Origin: Amphiscolops sp. MND2022
Lineage: Eukaryota
NCBI GenBank assembly: GCA_964187785.1
Contig: OZ076409.1
Location: 45,324,001 to 45,388,000 of the forward strand
Direction of reading: 5' to 3'
DNA length: 64,000 nt
Each line of letters starts with the position of its first letter. Position 1 is the stretch's first letter. The translations under genes and the position numbers were made by a program. The notes beneath the pieces were generated by a model that saw only the letters and a list, made by a program, of their open reading frames with translations, searched no databases and was not told where the DNA came from. Of the stretch, positions 48,901-61,800 are shown piece by piece.

Positions 48901-51900
48901 TCTCGTCGTATGGTGCCAAACTGAACCACGACTTCAGTTGTGCGCTCATTTCACCATCTTCTGATGCAAGATGACTTTTAGCTGATGCAACATTTGCCTT
49001 TCATGTTTCGGTAGAGGGCAACTGAGAGTCCATCTCAGTTTATCTTAGGGCTCATTTTTGTGGCCTTTCTTGTATTTCTTTGGACAGAGCAAATAGTAGT
49101 TATGTTGCTCAAGAACCACCTTGACTTTGCTCACATCGAAAACTGCATTTGGTAGGATATCTAAATGTTTGTAGTTTTTTTTGATAGAGTGATAATCGTA
49201 ATACTTCTTGCCCAGAAACATGCTTGGATGCACATGAAACAAAACAGTTTCTCGAGCTGTAGGAGTTGTATTTTCCAACTTCACTTTCTTACATTGAATT
49301 TGTTTCGTGCCATTGATTCCTGCAATGTTGAGAGTCAAGCCAGTACCTTGTGCTTGAAGTTCTTTCTTCAGTGTTGAATCATTGAAGAATAGCGTAGAAC
49401 CCGTGTCACAAAAAGCCAAAGTGTCACACGGTTTGTTTCTATGTGACAATCTCAAAGCCACAAACTGCAGACTCCCACTGCATGAGTTCGCGGTAGCTAC
49501 TTGATTCGCTTGCTCAACTTTCTCCTTCTTTGATTCCGATTTGGGGCTATCAGGGTTTTCTTCACTTTTCAACAGGCAATTGTGGTGTTCACTGCACCCA
49601 TTCTTGTCACGAACTCTGTTGCTTTTGCACTATCAAATTCGATGACCGGAACTGAGACAAGAAAAACACAAGTTTTATTTCTCCACCGTACCGTATGGTT
49701 CATCTAGTGTCATATTTTTGAAAGGTTCACATTGCTACAACTTATGTTCCCCATCTTTCAATGGACACGAGGTTTTGTTTTTGGCGGAGGAGTCCGTGGT
49801 AGCAGCAAAAGTGGTTGTTTTTGGTTTGTCTCTGTTTGTTGTTGGTTTTGTCTTGTCGCTTGCCGGATGTTCTCTTGTACCTGAGCAATGTTTTTCAACC
49901 AGGCGCTGAGCACCCTCAAGCTCTTGTATGTCGGGTCAAATCGTTGCAGGTAAAAGAGCCTTTTGTTTTCAAGCTCGATTGGTAGTTTCCTCACTGCACT
50001 GTAACGAACTGACTCCGAAGCAATGTCACTTTCATACCCATAATGAGTCAGGACATTGACAAGTTGGGGTCGAGCAAAATCTTGCTCAAGTGTTGGCCAA
50101 GCCAGTTGATACATGCCACCAGAGTAGCCCATATCGTCTTATTAATGATTTCGCTCTTCTCGTTACAAAAGTTTTCAAGTAGTTCATCTTGACACTGTCC
50201 GGTACTCCAGCTTGATCCACAGGTGCTAGAAACTGTCCAGACCACTCAGGCCACTCAAGAGGATCTCCAGCGAACTTTGTAGAACCAGTTTCGGTAGTTT
50301 CATTGGTGACATTACTGATGGAAGAGCTCTGAATGATGTCGTTCTCACCGATTGATTATGTTGCCATTGTTTTGGTGGGCTGTTGCTCGCAGCAGGCGTT
50401 GATATTATCTGAGGTACGAATATCTTCTCGTGGATGAACTCAATCGTTTTCCCTTTGACGCCTGTTTGTTTTTCGGGCAACGATGGCTCCTTGGTAAGAC
50501 ACTGTTGATCATCTTTGAAGTCGTGTGCTGTGCCTTGATCTTCATTCTTCACATGTAAGTTCGGTTTTCTTTTGTCGTCGTTTGAGTGATTGAAAAAATT
50601 CCTTGACGAATCCAACCAATCTTTTGCAGTCGCGGTTTTGTCAGTCTCAGAATGATCCATACTGCAAATGCTAGATCTCGATAAAGCTTGCTCCTTTTTT
50701 CAACTTCTTCATTTTCAGATGAAGTTGTATCTTGTGGGTCATCTCTTCCAATTCTAGGGCCTGCTTTGATATTGCCAATTCCATCTCTCGCTTCTTCTCT
50801 GTCGGTTCTGTTTCCAGCTCGCGTCGCTTACGTTTCAACTCAACCTTCTGCTGCTTATTTTTGACCTCAGCCAGCTTCTGTTTGTTCTTTGAAGAGTTGT
50901 GCTTCAAGCGCCACACGTCTTCGAGACGATCGAGACAAAAGACTTGATCCCAATAGTTTTCTTGCGCTGCCCATGATATCCTCTGCCTCTTCTGTGATCG
51001 GCATTTCCTTTTGACGGGATACAACGCTGACTTCAGCTGCCCCTACATTAGAGTTGGTATCCTCTACGGGAGCATCCGCTGCTGGACTTCCTTCAGTGGC
51101 TCCAGCAATTCCTTGACCGGCAGAGGACTCAGTGTCTTCATTTTCATTGTCTGACAGTATCATTGTTGTCTCCACATTTTCGGCGCGTTCTTTGACTTCC
51201 CTCAATGCCACCGGTAAGTCAAAATTTTGATGAACCATTTGATTTTAACCATCTCTGGCATTTTCTCCTGGCGTTCGTTCAAATAGCTCAGCCAGCCAAG
51301 TAGAGCAAGCTTCTCCTGTGCAAGCTCATCAGCTTCCTCGTTTTGCAAAGTTACCAAGAGAGGTTTGATTAGTCGTCGCTCCTGTTGATGAAGCATTCTA
51401 TGTTCATCTAGTCGATGAGTGAACCTTTGAAGAAGTTGCCGTATCTTTGGCAATCTGTCCTTTTGTCGGATCAAAGCATTTATCTCTCGTTTCAACTCAG
51501 CTTGATATTTAAGATTGTATCGCTGTTTGTCTTCCAACTTCCCAAATTCCACAATAGAAGCTTTGATTATGAGGAGCTCTAATTTCTTGACAATCAACTT
51601 GAAGCGTTTTTTGTCGTCCATAGCTCCACCGCTTTGTCCAGTCCGAAAAAAGTTTGTTTTTGGTGAGCTAAAAGCTCTTGCTGTGCCTTTGTGTTCAACA
51701 TTGATGTGATCGATGTCACCAAGTCCATGAACTTCTGCTTTTCAGTAGAGAATTCACTGCAGAATTTCCCTAAGATGACAAGTTTGATATCTAGAGTCCA
51801 GTTAGTTTTCTTGCTGAATTGATCTTTTGAGACAATCTCCTTTAAAGTTTTGAAGCTTTTGTCAAAAACCTCAACGTCAGCTTTCCACTTGTTAAGATCA

Positions 51901-52322
51901 CATGACTTCTTCAACTCTTTCAACCTTTTTTCGTCTTTGAACCATGTTATATCGAGCTCCGGTATCATGTTCGGAACCATCTTTCTCGTGGCTTTCTTAA
52001 TTTCTAATCAAATTATCCGAACAAGTAGTGCTCGAGTCGGCTGACTAAATGTAACGGCCGTTGAAATCTTCCAGCGGAATTGAGCTTCCTCCGGTCCCTG
52101 GTCCTTAACGCTTTTCCGACAAAAAAGCAGGAACAAACTTTCAAAAGGACTGTATCTGTTCAATGAGTTCTCAGCTGCTATCGACCTTGTGTTTTTCAAC
52201 TCCAGACTCTTCAGGCTGAGCAATACTTCGATCTCGATACTTCTTTTGACTGGAAATCGGCTTCGCCTCTTGTTGTGCGGAGGTTGTACGCTCAACCACA
52301 GCAACTGACCGTCCTCAAGAAA

Positions 52323-52590
52323 TGTTTCCATCAAAATCTCCCGAGGGGGTTGTCGTTCCAATTCAATAGCACTTACGATGAGCTTTTAACATCGCTACTA
52401 CGATGAGCGACAAAAGAACGCTTTCCTAGATCTTAGCCCTACTACGCCTAATAATGTTACTTCAAGAACTTCTCTGATTGATTTGGATTCTAGAACAGCT
52501 GATCGTTTATTTTGCCGATCGTTGAGCAATGCAATGCTACCCTCCCAGTCCCAACCTGTCTAAGCCCTAACCGGGTAGCTACTCAACAGC
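52323..52590 (-). repeat. Truncated 5' LTR of the BEL/Pao element
   Basis: Colinear with 45148-45415; about 29 differences by manual alignment (~89% identity). Confidence 0.85.
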
Positions 52591-52666
52591 GTCTCGGGGT
52601 CATTGCACCGGCCCGCACTAAGTCACGTAAGCTGTGTTTAGGTAAGTGACTTCTCCATTAGGGGTA

Positions 52667-52786
52667 CTACGGTACGTCCTTAAATTCCTCGTAGCTACCG
52701 ATTATGCTGCAACTACGGTACTTTCTTAGGTTCCTCGTAGCTATCGATTATCCTGCTACTACGATACGTTCTTAAGTTCCTCGTAA
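52667..52786. repeat. ~46-bp tandem repeat, ~2.6 copies
   Basis: ctacggtac..cttaa.ttcctcgtagcta.cgattat.ctgc.a repeated. Confidence 0.8.
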
Positions 52787-52899
52787 TAACTGTCAATGCA
52801 ATGTATTCCTTCTTCTCTGTCTGACGTTTAAACCACCGACTTGCCGTCACATCCTTCTCTCGAGAAATGGAAATCTCGAGATAGAAGAAATTTTTACGT

Positions 52900-55800
52900 G
52901 TCAATGGCGAACCGAAAATGCTGACAAATTAAGTTTTCTCCGTACTATTGTCGCCTCCGACTATTTCACACTCCTGGAAAGATCCACAAGACGCACTGAT
53001 AACGTTCAACAGGCAATTTCTGAAGCCCACGAGAGTGCTCTTTGCTCGTCAATAAATGCTCAGTGCCAGTCAAAAATGCTGACGAAACCATCGTACAGTT
53101 TTCTGGAAAGCTGAAACGACTTGTTGAAGACTGCGATTGCACCAGTTTGAACGTCCAAGCACTTAAAACAATCAAGTACGAGACGTTTTAATTTCAGGGC
53201 TCAGATATGACGACATTCGGGTGAGACTGTTGGAGCTGGAAACCTCCAAGGCCCACATCGGTAGCTGCATGTCGCTTGCACGTGCTATCGAACTATCAAG
53301 TGACTTTCGAAATCTTTTCGCACCGCTGCTCCTTAAAAAATAGCTGCGGTCAAGCCGTTTTTACAGACAACTCAGACAACCCTGCAGCAGCCTGATCAAC
53401 CTGGTACACCGATGCCCGACAGGTCTCGAACAAGCCTCGTTCGCGCTGTCAGTTCTGCGGTATAAAACTGCACCCACGCTCAAAGTGCCCCGACAAAAAT
53501 TGCACATGTCAAAAAGGCTCCAAAGCAGGACACTGTGCGTCGGTATGTAGATCGATTGCTGCTGTCTTGCAAACGTCACCTGACGACGAACTCGAGACTG
53601 CTGTTTTGTGTAGTACTGGCCTGCTGCCTGTCAGTTTAAATATCAGCTTCAATTTCCGCGTAAGCAATCAACCAGTTCCAGCAATGATTCATAACGGGTT
53701 CACGAGCTATTTCATCAGCTTCTTAACAACTGCCAAATATGGTTTGGAGGTCTGCGCGAAACAAAAGATTGGCCAGTGGCGACTCCGTGGTTACGTCAGG
53801 TACCACTCAAGCTAAAAATGAGGAAAACAAAAAAGACATACTAAGTCACATTTTCATTTTCGCAAAACACCTTGTTGCCAATGTTTTTTTCGGACTTGAC
53901 TTTCTCCGACAACATCACCCTGTCAAAATGGAGTTAGGCGGTGATCGACCAAAGAATGGTATATGTGCCGGGCGCAAGGAATTGGTGTTCACGGAATTGG
54001 AAATAGCCCCTACGACCACACTCTCCAGATCAGTGTGTAGTGCAAAACCGATCGCCGGAAAATAGTCCGAGGTCACCCGTATGCTCACTGAAGACATAAT
54101 TCAAGTTTTCACGTCTCTCTAGCGGGCACAAACCTTTGTCGTTAGGGACACTCCCACGCCACGGATGGTGATCGACTATTCGCAGACATTTAATCGTCAT
54201 ACGTCCAAAGACGTGTTTCTCATACCAAATAAGTTAGACCTGCTTTATCAAGCAGCTGAGAAGACTATTTTTTCCAAGATCCGTTTAAAGTCTGTGTATC
54301 TAGAAATCACACTGCATCGCAAGGACCCGCCATCCACTGCATTGGAGGCTAACGGACGTTTTTTTGAGTTCACAATACTTCCTTTTCTGGGGTCACAAAC
54401 GCTGTACCGGCATTGCAACAAGAACCTGAGCAGTAGCGGCGCCGATACAACCTGGAACGAACGCTCCGATATCTTGATGATGTAATCATTGGAGGCAGAT
54501 ACGAGGAGGAACGCCAAGAAAAACTGAAGAACTTCTTGAAATCGGAAAACTCATCCCAGTCTTTTTGGACTCTTTGCGCACATTGCAAAGTGGGTTACAG
54601 ATTACTCAATTAAGGTTGCTCTTCTGCTTGCAGGACAGAAATAACAGGCTTTTCCGCTCAATCAAGCTTCTTGCCTAGCTATCACAACTCTCAAGAAGGC
54701 AGATGTTTCCGATGTACCCTAACTTCTTGGGCAAACGAACCCCTCGTTCTCCAAACCGACGCGTGCGGAACTGGTATCGGAACGACACTCAGTCAGGGCG
54801 ACAAACAAGTCGTCTTCTTCTCGAGAACTTTGAAACATAGCGAAATTGGGTACTCGGTTGTCGAACGGGAAGCTATGGCTATCTTGGAAGGCGTCTTTTG
54901 CCGTTTCGCAGACGCTTTACGTACGTCACGGGTTCTAGTTCGCACTGACCAAAAGGCGCTCTCGTTCATATTTGGACCCAACTCTTCCAGAGTGAAAAAT
55001 GACAAGTTGATTCGCTGGCTATTGGAATATAACTTCAAAATAAGATATCAGAGGGGTTCTCAAAAAGTGCCAGTTGACGCCATGTCTCGAATACCGACCA
55101 TACAGCCCTTTTATAAAACTATACACGAGACACTTGCGCATCCGGGAGTGACCCGATTGTACGAGTACATTCAAATACACAAAGTTCCAATATCCTAACA
55201 TGAGGCAAACAGGGTTACCGAGATCTGGAAAACGTGCTCGCTATGGCAATCGCGCTTTTTGCGGCCGCCCGGCAACGATCTTATGCAATCCTCCACACCT
55301 TGGGAGCGACTATCAATCGACATTGTTGGCCCCAAACCAATGACACGAAGCAAAATCCAATACAGTGGTGGATGAGTTTAGTAGGTTTCCGTTCGCTTTC
55401 TCTCTCAGGAACATTGCGTCTAGTAGCGTCATCGAATATCTTGCGACACTTTTCGCCATCTTCGGATCCCCCTGGTTCTTTCATTTCGACCGGGCACACA
55501 GTTCCAAAACTTCCGCTGCCAAAATGGAGTTAGGACCTCCAAAACTACGCGCTACCGTCCACAGGGTAATAGTCAAAATGAGCGTTACAACGAAATTGTG
55601 TGGAACGCCGTTCAGTGCCTGTTACACTCAGCAAACCGCCCACTCTCTGACTGGGAATGAGTCCTACCATCGGCGCTCTCGCCGATCAGAACACTCATCA
55701 ATACCGTCACAAAGGAGATTCCCCTTGACCGCTTCTCTGCAGACGGTCACTGCAGAGACAAGGTGACCAACTTGGACCCTGACATTGGAACCCTGTGTGA

Positions 55801-55940
55801 GCCACCTGAATCTGTGGGACCAGTACAAGAATTTCAAGTCAATCCGCACACTCCTGCTCCCACCTTGCGACGCTCGGCAAGGAACAGGAAGTCACCTACC
55901 TGCCTGGGTGGCTTTGTGTTGGCTACGAACTAGACTCTTT
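52900..55940 (+). mobile_element. Decayed Ty3/Gypsy element (gag-pol remnant)
   Basis: Gag LKRLVEDCDC, VRDVLISGLRYDDIRVRLLE and Cys/His knuckles; RT RMVIDYSQTFN..YLDDVII; RNase H LQTDACGTGIG..YSVVEREA..TDQKAL; integrase PWERLSIDIVGP, VDEFSRFPFA. Confidence 0.88.
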
Positions 55941-55984
55941 CGAAGCGTGAAGGAGTGTTATGAAAGTAATATATATCCAACTCC

Positions 55985-56250
55985 CAATAACTATGATAAT
56001 CCAGTCTTTCCATATCCTACTCCAATTCTAAGCCACATCCTCCGAGAAACAGATGATCTTGAGCAAATCCAAAAACTCAACCCACAGAAAATCTGAGGCT
56101 TGAGCGTCTTTGGCAACAAATTTCATTGAGATGACTCCTAATTAAACGATTAACACCAAGCCGAACTCTAAGACATCCTTATAGATTACAACGGCACCTT
56201 CGCAAGAGGCCGTCTTGACATCGGAATGAACAAAAAATTAAAGTTTGAAC
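55985..56250 (+). pseudogene. Short Gypsy pol fragment related to the element at 58846-64000
   Basis: HILRETDDLEQIQKLNPQ..DILIDYNGTFARGRLDIGMN parallels HILKEIRELEQKENLNPT..DVIIEYNDIFARHRLDIGIN at 61075-61280. Confidence 0.7.
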
Positions 56251-56879
56251 AAAATGACGCCCAAAACACTTATAGATTAATTGATATTTATATCAAAATT
56301 TATATTTATTTTTATATTTATTTACAACGTTTGTAACGAAAAAAGAAAGATTATATATACCAAAGCTTAAAACTGTACTTTTAAGCTGTATCTGTTGGTT
56401 CTTCCTAACAACCCTCTTACGATTGCGCGTACACATCCATTTTATGCTGAAGATGATTTTTTGAAGGACGTCCCAAGAAAACAAATGAGTCCTTTGCAGA
56501 AATAATAACACAATCAATACCATTGCAATTCTCCTTGAAGTCTTTGTAAGATTTGTGAGTCATAACCCTCCATTCTTATGTAACCTCCTCTGTCGCCGCC
56601 AAAAGGTTCAACAAATCGGTGTCACTGACAGACTGTGATTCCGGTTCCGCATCACTCACAGATTCCGCCAATTCGCCACCACCTTTCAGGTGAAATTCTG
56701 TCCGAACACCATAAACAACTGCATTTTACGCCAAGACGAAATTGCCAACGTTTTACAATCAAAAAACAACTAATCAATTTTTTTTGCGAAAATCGAAATA
56801 AGAAAAACCTCCCAATTTTTGCTACTTTTCTTTGTTTTCTTAAGAAAAACATCAATATCACTATCAATATTGAAATCTC

Positions 56880-57330
56880 TGTCCGAAAATCTCCATATCG
56901 CTATCGATTATCGTTATATCAGTAAAATATTGATACAAAATCAAAATCCTTGATCACCACTAGGTGTACAACCAGCAGGACACTCATAAGAAAACTGATG
57001 AAATAATAAATTAGGGAGATATCAGATGCGCATCACAATATTTGCTTTTCAAAAACTTGTTTCAGGTTACCAAAATTTCTGTACTTCTTAGTAACTAGCA
57101 CGTATTTAGTTCATGTCCAAAAATATCCATATCATTATCGATTTTCGATATTAAGAAAATATTGATATATTATCAAAATCCTTGATCACCACTATGTGTA
57201 AAAGCAGAAGCAGTCTTAAAAAAACTGATGAACAAAAATTGAGGCGAGATATCAGATGCGCAGCGCTGATTTTATTTTTAAAAACTTGTTTCAGGCTAAT
57301 AAAACTTCTCTACTTCCTAGTAACCGCCGC
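56880..57330. repeat. Diverged tandem repeat, ~233 bp x2
   Basis: aaaatattgata..atcaaaatccttgatcaccacta.gtgta..aaaactgatgaa..gagatatcagatgcgca..aaaaacttgtttcagg present twice. Confidence 0.85.
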
Positions 57331-57399
57331 GTATTCCATTCATGAAATGCATTTGGAGAAAATTGCCACAACCATGCCAGATCGACTTTCCAAAATGTG

Positions 57400-58360
57400 C
57401 AACGTAAACTTTGACGACTGTTCGAGTGTTCAACTAAAGCTGCCGGCTGAATCGGGGGTCAAGGCGTGTCATCTACATCTTTGTTAGAATTTTTCCGCAT
57501 CGGATTTTAGTGCGAGCGATTTTCTAACGACTATATTTAAGGAAACTTGCATATCAGTTTCGTTCACCACAACGAACAGGGGATTCTTTTCGTTTTGATA
57601 TAGAGAAACTGGACCTAACCCGTCTTTCAGCGTGTTCATAAGATCTAGATATCTATGATGGACGAAACTCGATCGAAAAGTCTCGAAGGTCTTCGACGTA
57701 AATTCGGCTCACAGTACTTGAACGTTGTTCCCGGTAAAGACTTGCAGCGTGATGATCAGCAGCTAAGTAATTCTATTGGTCTACGTTTTGTAGCGCACAC
57801 TTCCCACTGTGGCGAAAATGTCGAAAGAGACGGTTTACACAGTCCTTCTCGCTGCAGAAGTTAGTGTTGCTTGACGTGTTACGATAATTTGAACTCACTT
57901 AATGAGCAGACACTGGGAACTCTTGTTTTTTCTTCAATACTGGAACCCTGTTGGCTGTAACAAACAGAGGACAAAAGGCCAGACGGTTGTTTTGTGATTT
58001 CTTAGGAAATTTGTAAACAGTTGGTATGAGATGTCACTGCTTTTGATGACCTTGCATCGAGTCGCTTGAATCAAGGCTAACTGGGTAACCCTCGAACCAT
58101 CGTCACCGATGCAGAATCACAGAAGCTTAGAGAGAAGTATCACGGATTGATATAACACGAATACATCTTCCAGTCGGTGGCAGTGTAAAAACAGGGTTCT
58201 TCATATGAAAGTAGTGAATGAATAATAGCGCGCATCTGTAAAGTGCTGTCGTTCGCACAATTATCAGCCAGCTTGTAGTTTTTCGAAGCAACGTAACTTA
58301 TTGCCACTACAAGTTGGCGATGCGACAGATATTCTAGAAACATCAAGCTACAGAGATGCT
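57400..58360 (+). pseudogene. CRE-like non-LTR retrotransposon 3' remnant with restriction-like endonuclease
   Basis: DDQQLSNSIGLR..HTSHCGENVERDGLH (zinc-binding), then LNSL..ILEP..DKRPDG..KQLV*DVT..AE..K..KY..YIFQSVAV.KQG, the RPD..D..AExxKxxKY pattern of REL endonucleases; multiple stops. Confidence 0.75.
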
Positions 58361-58845
58361 TCTTCTGGAACAACTCCTTACATATAGTGATGTTTGTGGG
58401 GACCGGCATTCATCTTTGCAACTCGATCATCAGTATTTGCTTCATTTTTTCCTGGTTGTTTTGGCTTTGTCGGCCTACTGGGACAGCGTCTTGCAAAAAA
58501 ACAGCGTATCTTCAACGTTGATTTAGATTCCTTTTGTTTGCAGACTACCTATTGTCACAGTCCGCTCCAGGACTGGCATGTTCCTGCCGAAGAATACAGT
58601 TTGAAAGAGGACATGGTTGTCTAATGTCAGCTAAGTACTGTTGGAATTAAAACAACGCTAACTCAATAACAATGGAATAAACGGTGACCAAGAAAAGCGC
58701 GTTCATAGAGGAAAATACTCCGCCTATTAAAAGATAACAACATGAAAAACTATAGATGACTCGAACTTTTTTTCAATAACCTCTGATGACCACGTGTCGT
58801 AAGCTTATCGCTGAGAGAAATGAAACCTAAAATTTAACACTAAAA

Positions 58846-61800
58846 TTGAATATGCACACTTTTCCACTACCAACCTTCAATGGTAAGTGCGAAAAGTTCA
58901 AATTATTTGAAGACCTTTTCCGGAACAACCTCATAATGTATCCCCACCTCTCGGAAATACAAAAAACAAACTATTTCCATTCCCTCCTGCGGGGTGAAGC
59001 ACTACAAGCTTTCCGCAAGCTTGATGACACCAAAAAAGATAGTTTGGAGGACATAATAACAACTTTCAAACGCCGATTTGGAGATTATTTATCCATGGCA
59101 AAAGCCCGGTGTGAATGGGACACACTTAAATTGGACCCATCCACACAAAAACTGCAAGAATTCCTCAACTCATTACACAAAACAGCAAAAGAAGCGTTCG
59201 GAGTCGAAGCCCAACAATTCATTGACAAGGCAATATACGTCAAAATGCCCGATCACGTGAAAAAGATACTCAACCGAGCGTACCTAGAGGACAAACCTTA
59301 TAACGACATCGTCCTCCACCTCGAAAGAGAGATGAGACTCAACGGTCTGGGTGATCCCGATGACGTTACCTTAGTCCCACTAAACCATATTGAAACAACA
59401 ACGACACCAACTACAAAAAGTGAACCAAAACGAGGTTTATGCTTTTACTGCAACAAATATGGACACTATAAACCCAATGCCGAAAGCTTAAGAGAGACAA
59501 ATGGCAGGAAACGAAAAGACAAAATGGACAATTCAACCCAAACCGATCACTCAAACCAAAATGTGACACCTGTGGGAAACCCCACCAGACAGAGGATTGA
59601 TGGAATGGCGCCAATGCAGCCAATGACCCGCGCCCCAAACGACACACTGCTGCACCCCCAAAAGCTGACAAAACCACCAACATCACTACAACCGAAGAAG
59701 CAAAAAACTCAAATTGCCGCGACTACGATTCGGGGACAATGTAGACGCGAGGGTATACTCAATCGAAGATACCCCGACACAATACAATCACGATTCAAGC
59801 CAAATTTTTAATGGACACCCAACACAAGATTGGCAAAGGAGACAGGAAATAGCAGCAATTAAAAAATATAATTCCAGACACCCCGATCAAAGAGAATACC
59901 CATCGTGGATAACAGAAGCAGAAGACAAATACATGACAACTAAACGTCCCCTTCCCCTGACATCAGAACAAAAGGACGATCACCAAACTAAAAAACCAAA
60001 ACTCACACCGTCGAGCACTCCAAATGCAAATATTCAACGCCAATATAACGAACCAGTCACTGCCGAAAGCTTTGAACAAAATACAACATTCGATCAACAA
60101 CACACCAACAACATTGACCTCCCGGTATCACTTGACTCCATAAAGGAGTTCATCATCCACAAGGACAATGACAGCTACATACCGCTGATGTCCACGATCC
60201 CCCTCAAAAAGAAGAGACGCATGCTCTATTTACCTCTCGAGTTTGGAGAAATAACAATTGACGGCCTAGTGGACTCAGGCGCATACATCAACGCATTTCA
60301 TGGTCAGACTATATCATTATCAAAAATACCACTGAAAATTGCATCATAAAAGAGTACCCCCAACCCCCTTTCTGATTAGAGTGCGCAAATGCACAAATGG
60401 AACAAGCGATTGCAACAGCAGATGTACAATTCAACATCGGAACATACACCTTCACAGACACATTCGTCGTACTGTCCCGAACATCATTCCCAATAATGGA
60501 CTCAATTTCATGAGAAACCACCAAGCACTGCTCGACACAGCAAACGGAACCATAACGTTCCCACACGTCAAAATGACACTAGCCATGAAGGACGAAATGA
60601 AAAAATGCAACCCTCACCCTATCCAAATAAAGACCAACGGAACACAGACAGTGCCAGCGCAAAAAACTCTAACCGTTAATGCCGTAGCTATAACCAATAT
60701 TGTACACCCTATCACTGGTACAAAACAACCACAACCCCAATTTGACGAAGACGCTTTAAATCATAGTAGCTTCCGCACTAGCCACTGCTGATATTAAGAA
60801 AATTAAAATAAGGGTTGTGAACTCCACAGATACCCCCTTCACAATACCCACCAAAACAAAAATAGCTGAACTACAAATGCTCAAACCAGATGACACAAAA
60901 AACATACGCCCAATAGACGTTGCAGCACTCAAAGTACTAGAAGACCCTAATGACACAATCTCCTACGTGAATGAAATAATGAAAGCCGATTCTGACCTTT
61001 CTGAAACAGACCGATTCTGGTTCCCGACCCCAGAGAACCCAGGAAATGAAGCCGAACACACGCCCATCCAAAAACACATCCTCAAGGAAATCAGAGAACT
61101 GGAACAAAAAGAAAATTTAAACCCCACTGAAGACAGCGCGTCACGCGAACGTTTCCTCAAGATCTTTCAATGGGAAGATTCCCTCATACAAGGAAAAGAA
61201 AAACAACAACTCGAGGACGTAATAATAGAATACAACGATATTTTTGCACGTCACCGCCTTGACATAGGCATCAACAATGAGTTCAAATTGAAGTTAACTC
61301 CGAAAAACGAGAATCCAGTATACACACAATGCCTACCAGTGCCGATCAACGTCAAAGAAGACCTCACAGTTGAACTAGCTTAAATGCACAGATACGGAAT
61401 AATAACAACACTACCTTTCTCTGAATACGCAAGTCCAATCTTCGCGCAACGCAAACCTAAGGGCAAATCACGACTACTTGTAGACCTCAGGGAAATAAAT
61501 GCACTGATATCAGATTATTACATAAACAACAACCATCCCATCAGCACACTCTCCGACGCCGCCCAACATCTAGCATGGAAAAAACGATTCTGCAAACTTG
61601 ATTGCTCCCAAGCATACCATTGCCTCCAGATGGCTGACCAGCGATCAGTCGAACTCTTAGCATTCAACTTTGCCAGCAGAACCTTTGCCTATAAACGACT
61701 AGCGCAAGGGCTCAGCAGAGCACTTTCAGCATTTTCCAGCTTCTTGAGAGAATATCTGAACAAAGTAATAAAAGCAGACCAATGTGCCCATTACGTCGAC

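Larger units (their letters stand above)
45148..52590 (-). mobile_element. Decayed BEL/Pao LTR retrotransposon
   Basis: Gag KLPKL..GDPLEWPEW and three Cys/His knuckles (49570-50310); protease FCDTGST; RT YVPHHPVIKPH and FYMDDF; Pao RNase H IFSDAS; integrase LFTCLVTRAVHI, ISDNGTKF, GGIWERLV, LTTNHFLLG; terminal direct repeats. Confidence 0.93.

Noticed and set aside
56290..56870. Short ORFs between the Gypsy fragments
   Set aside because: No recognisable domain, splice structure or other support.
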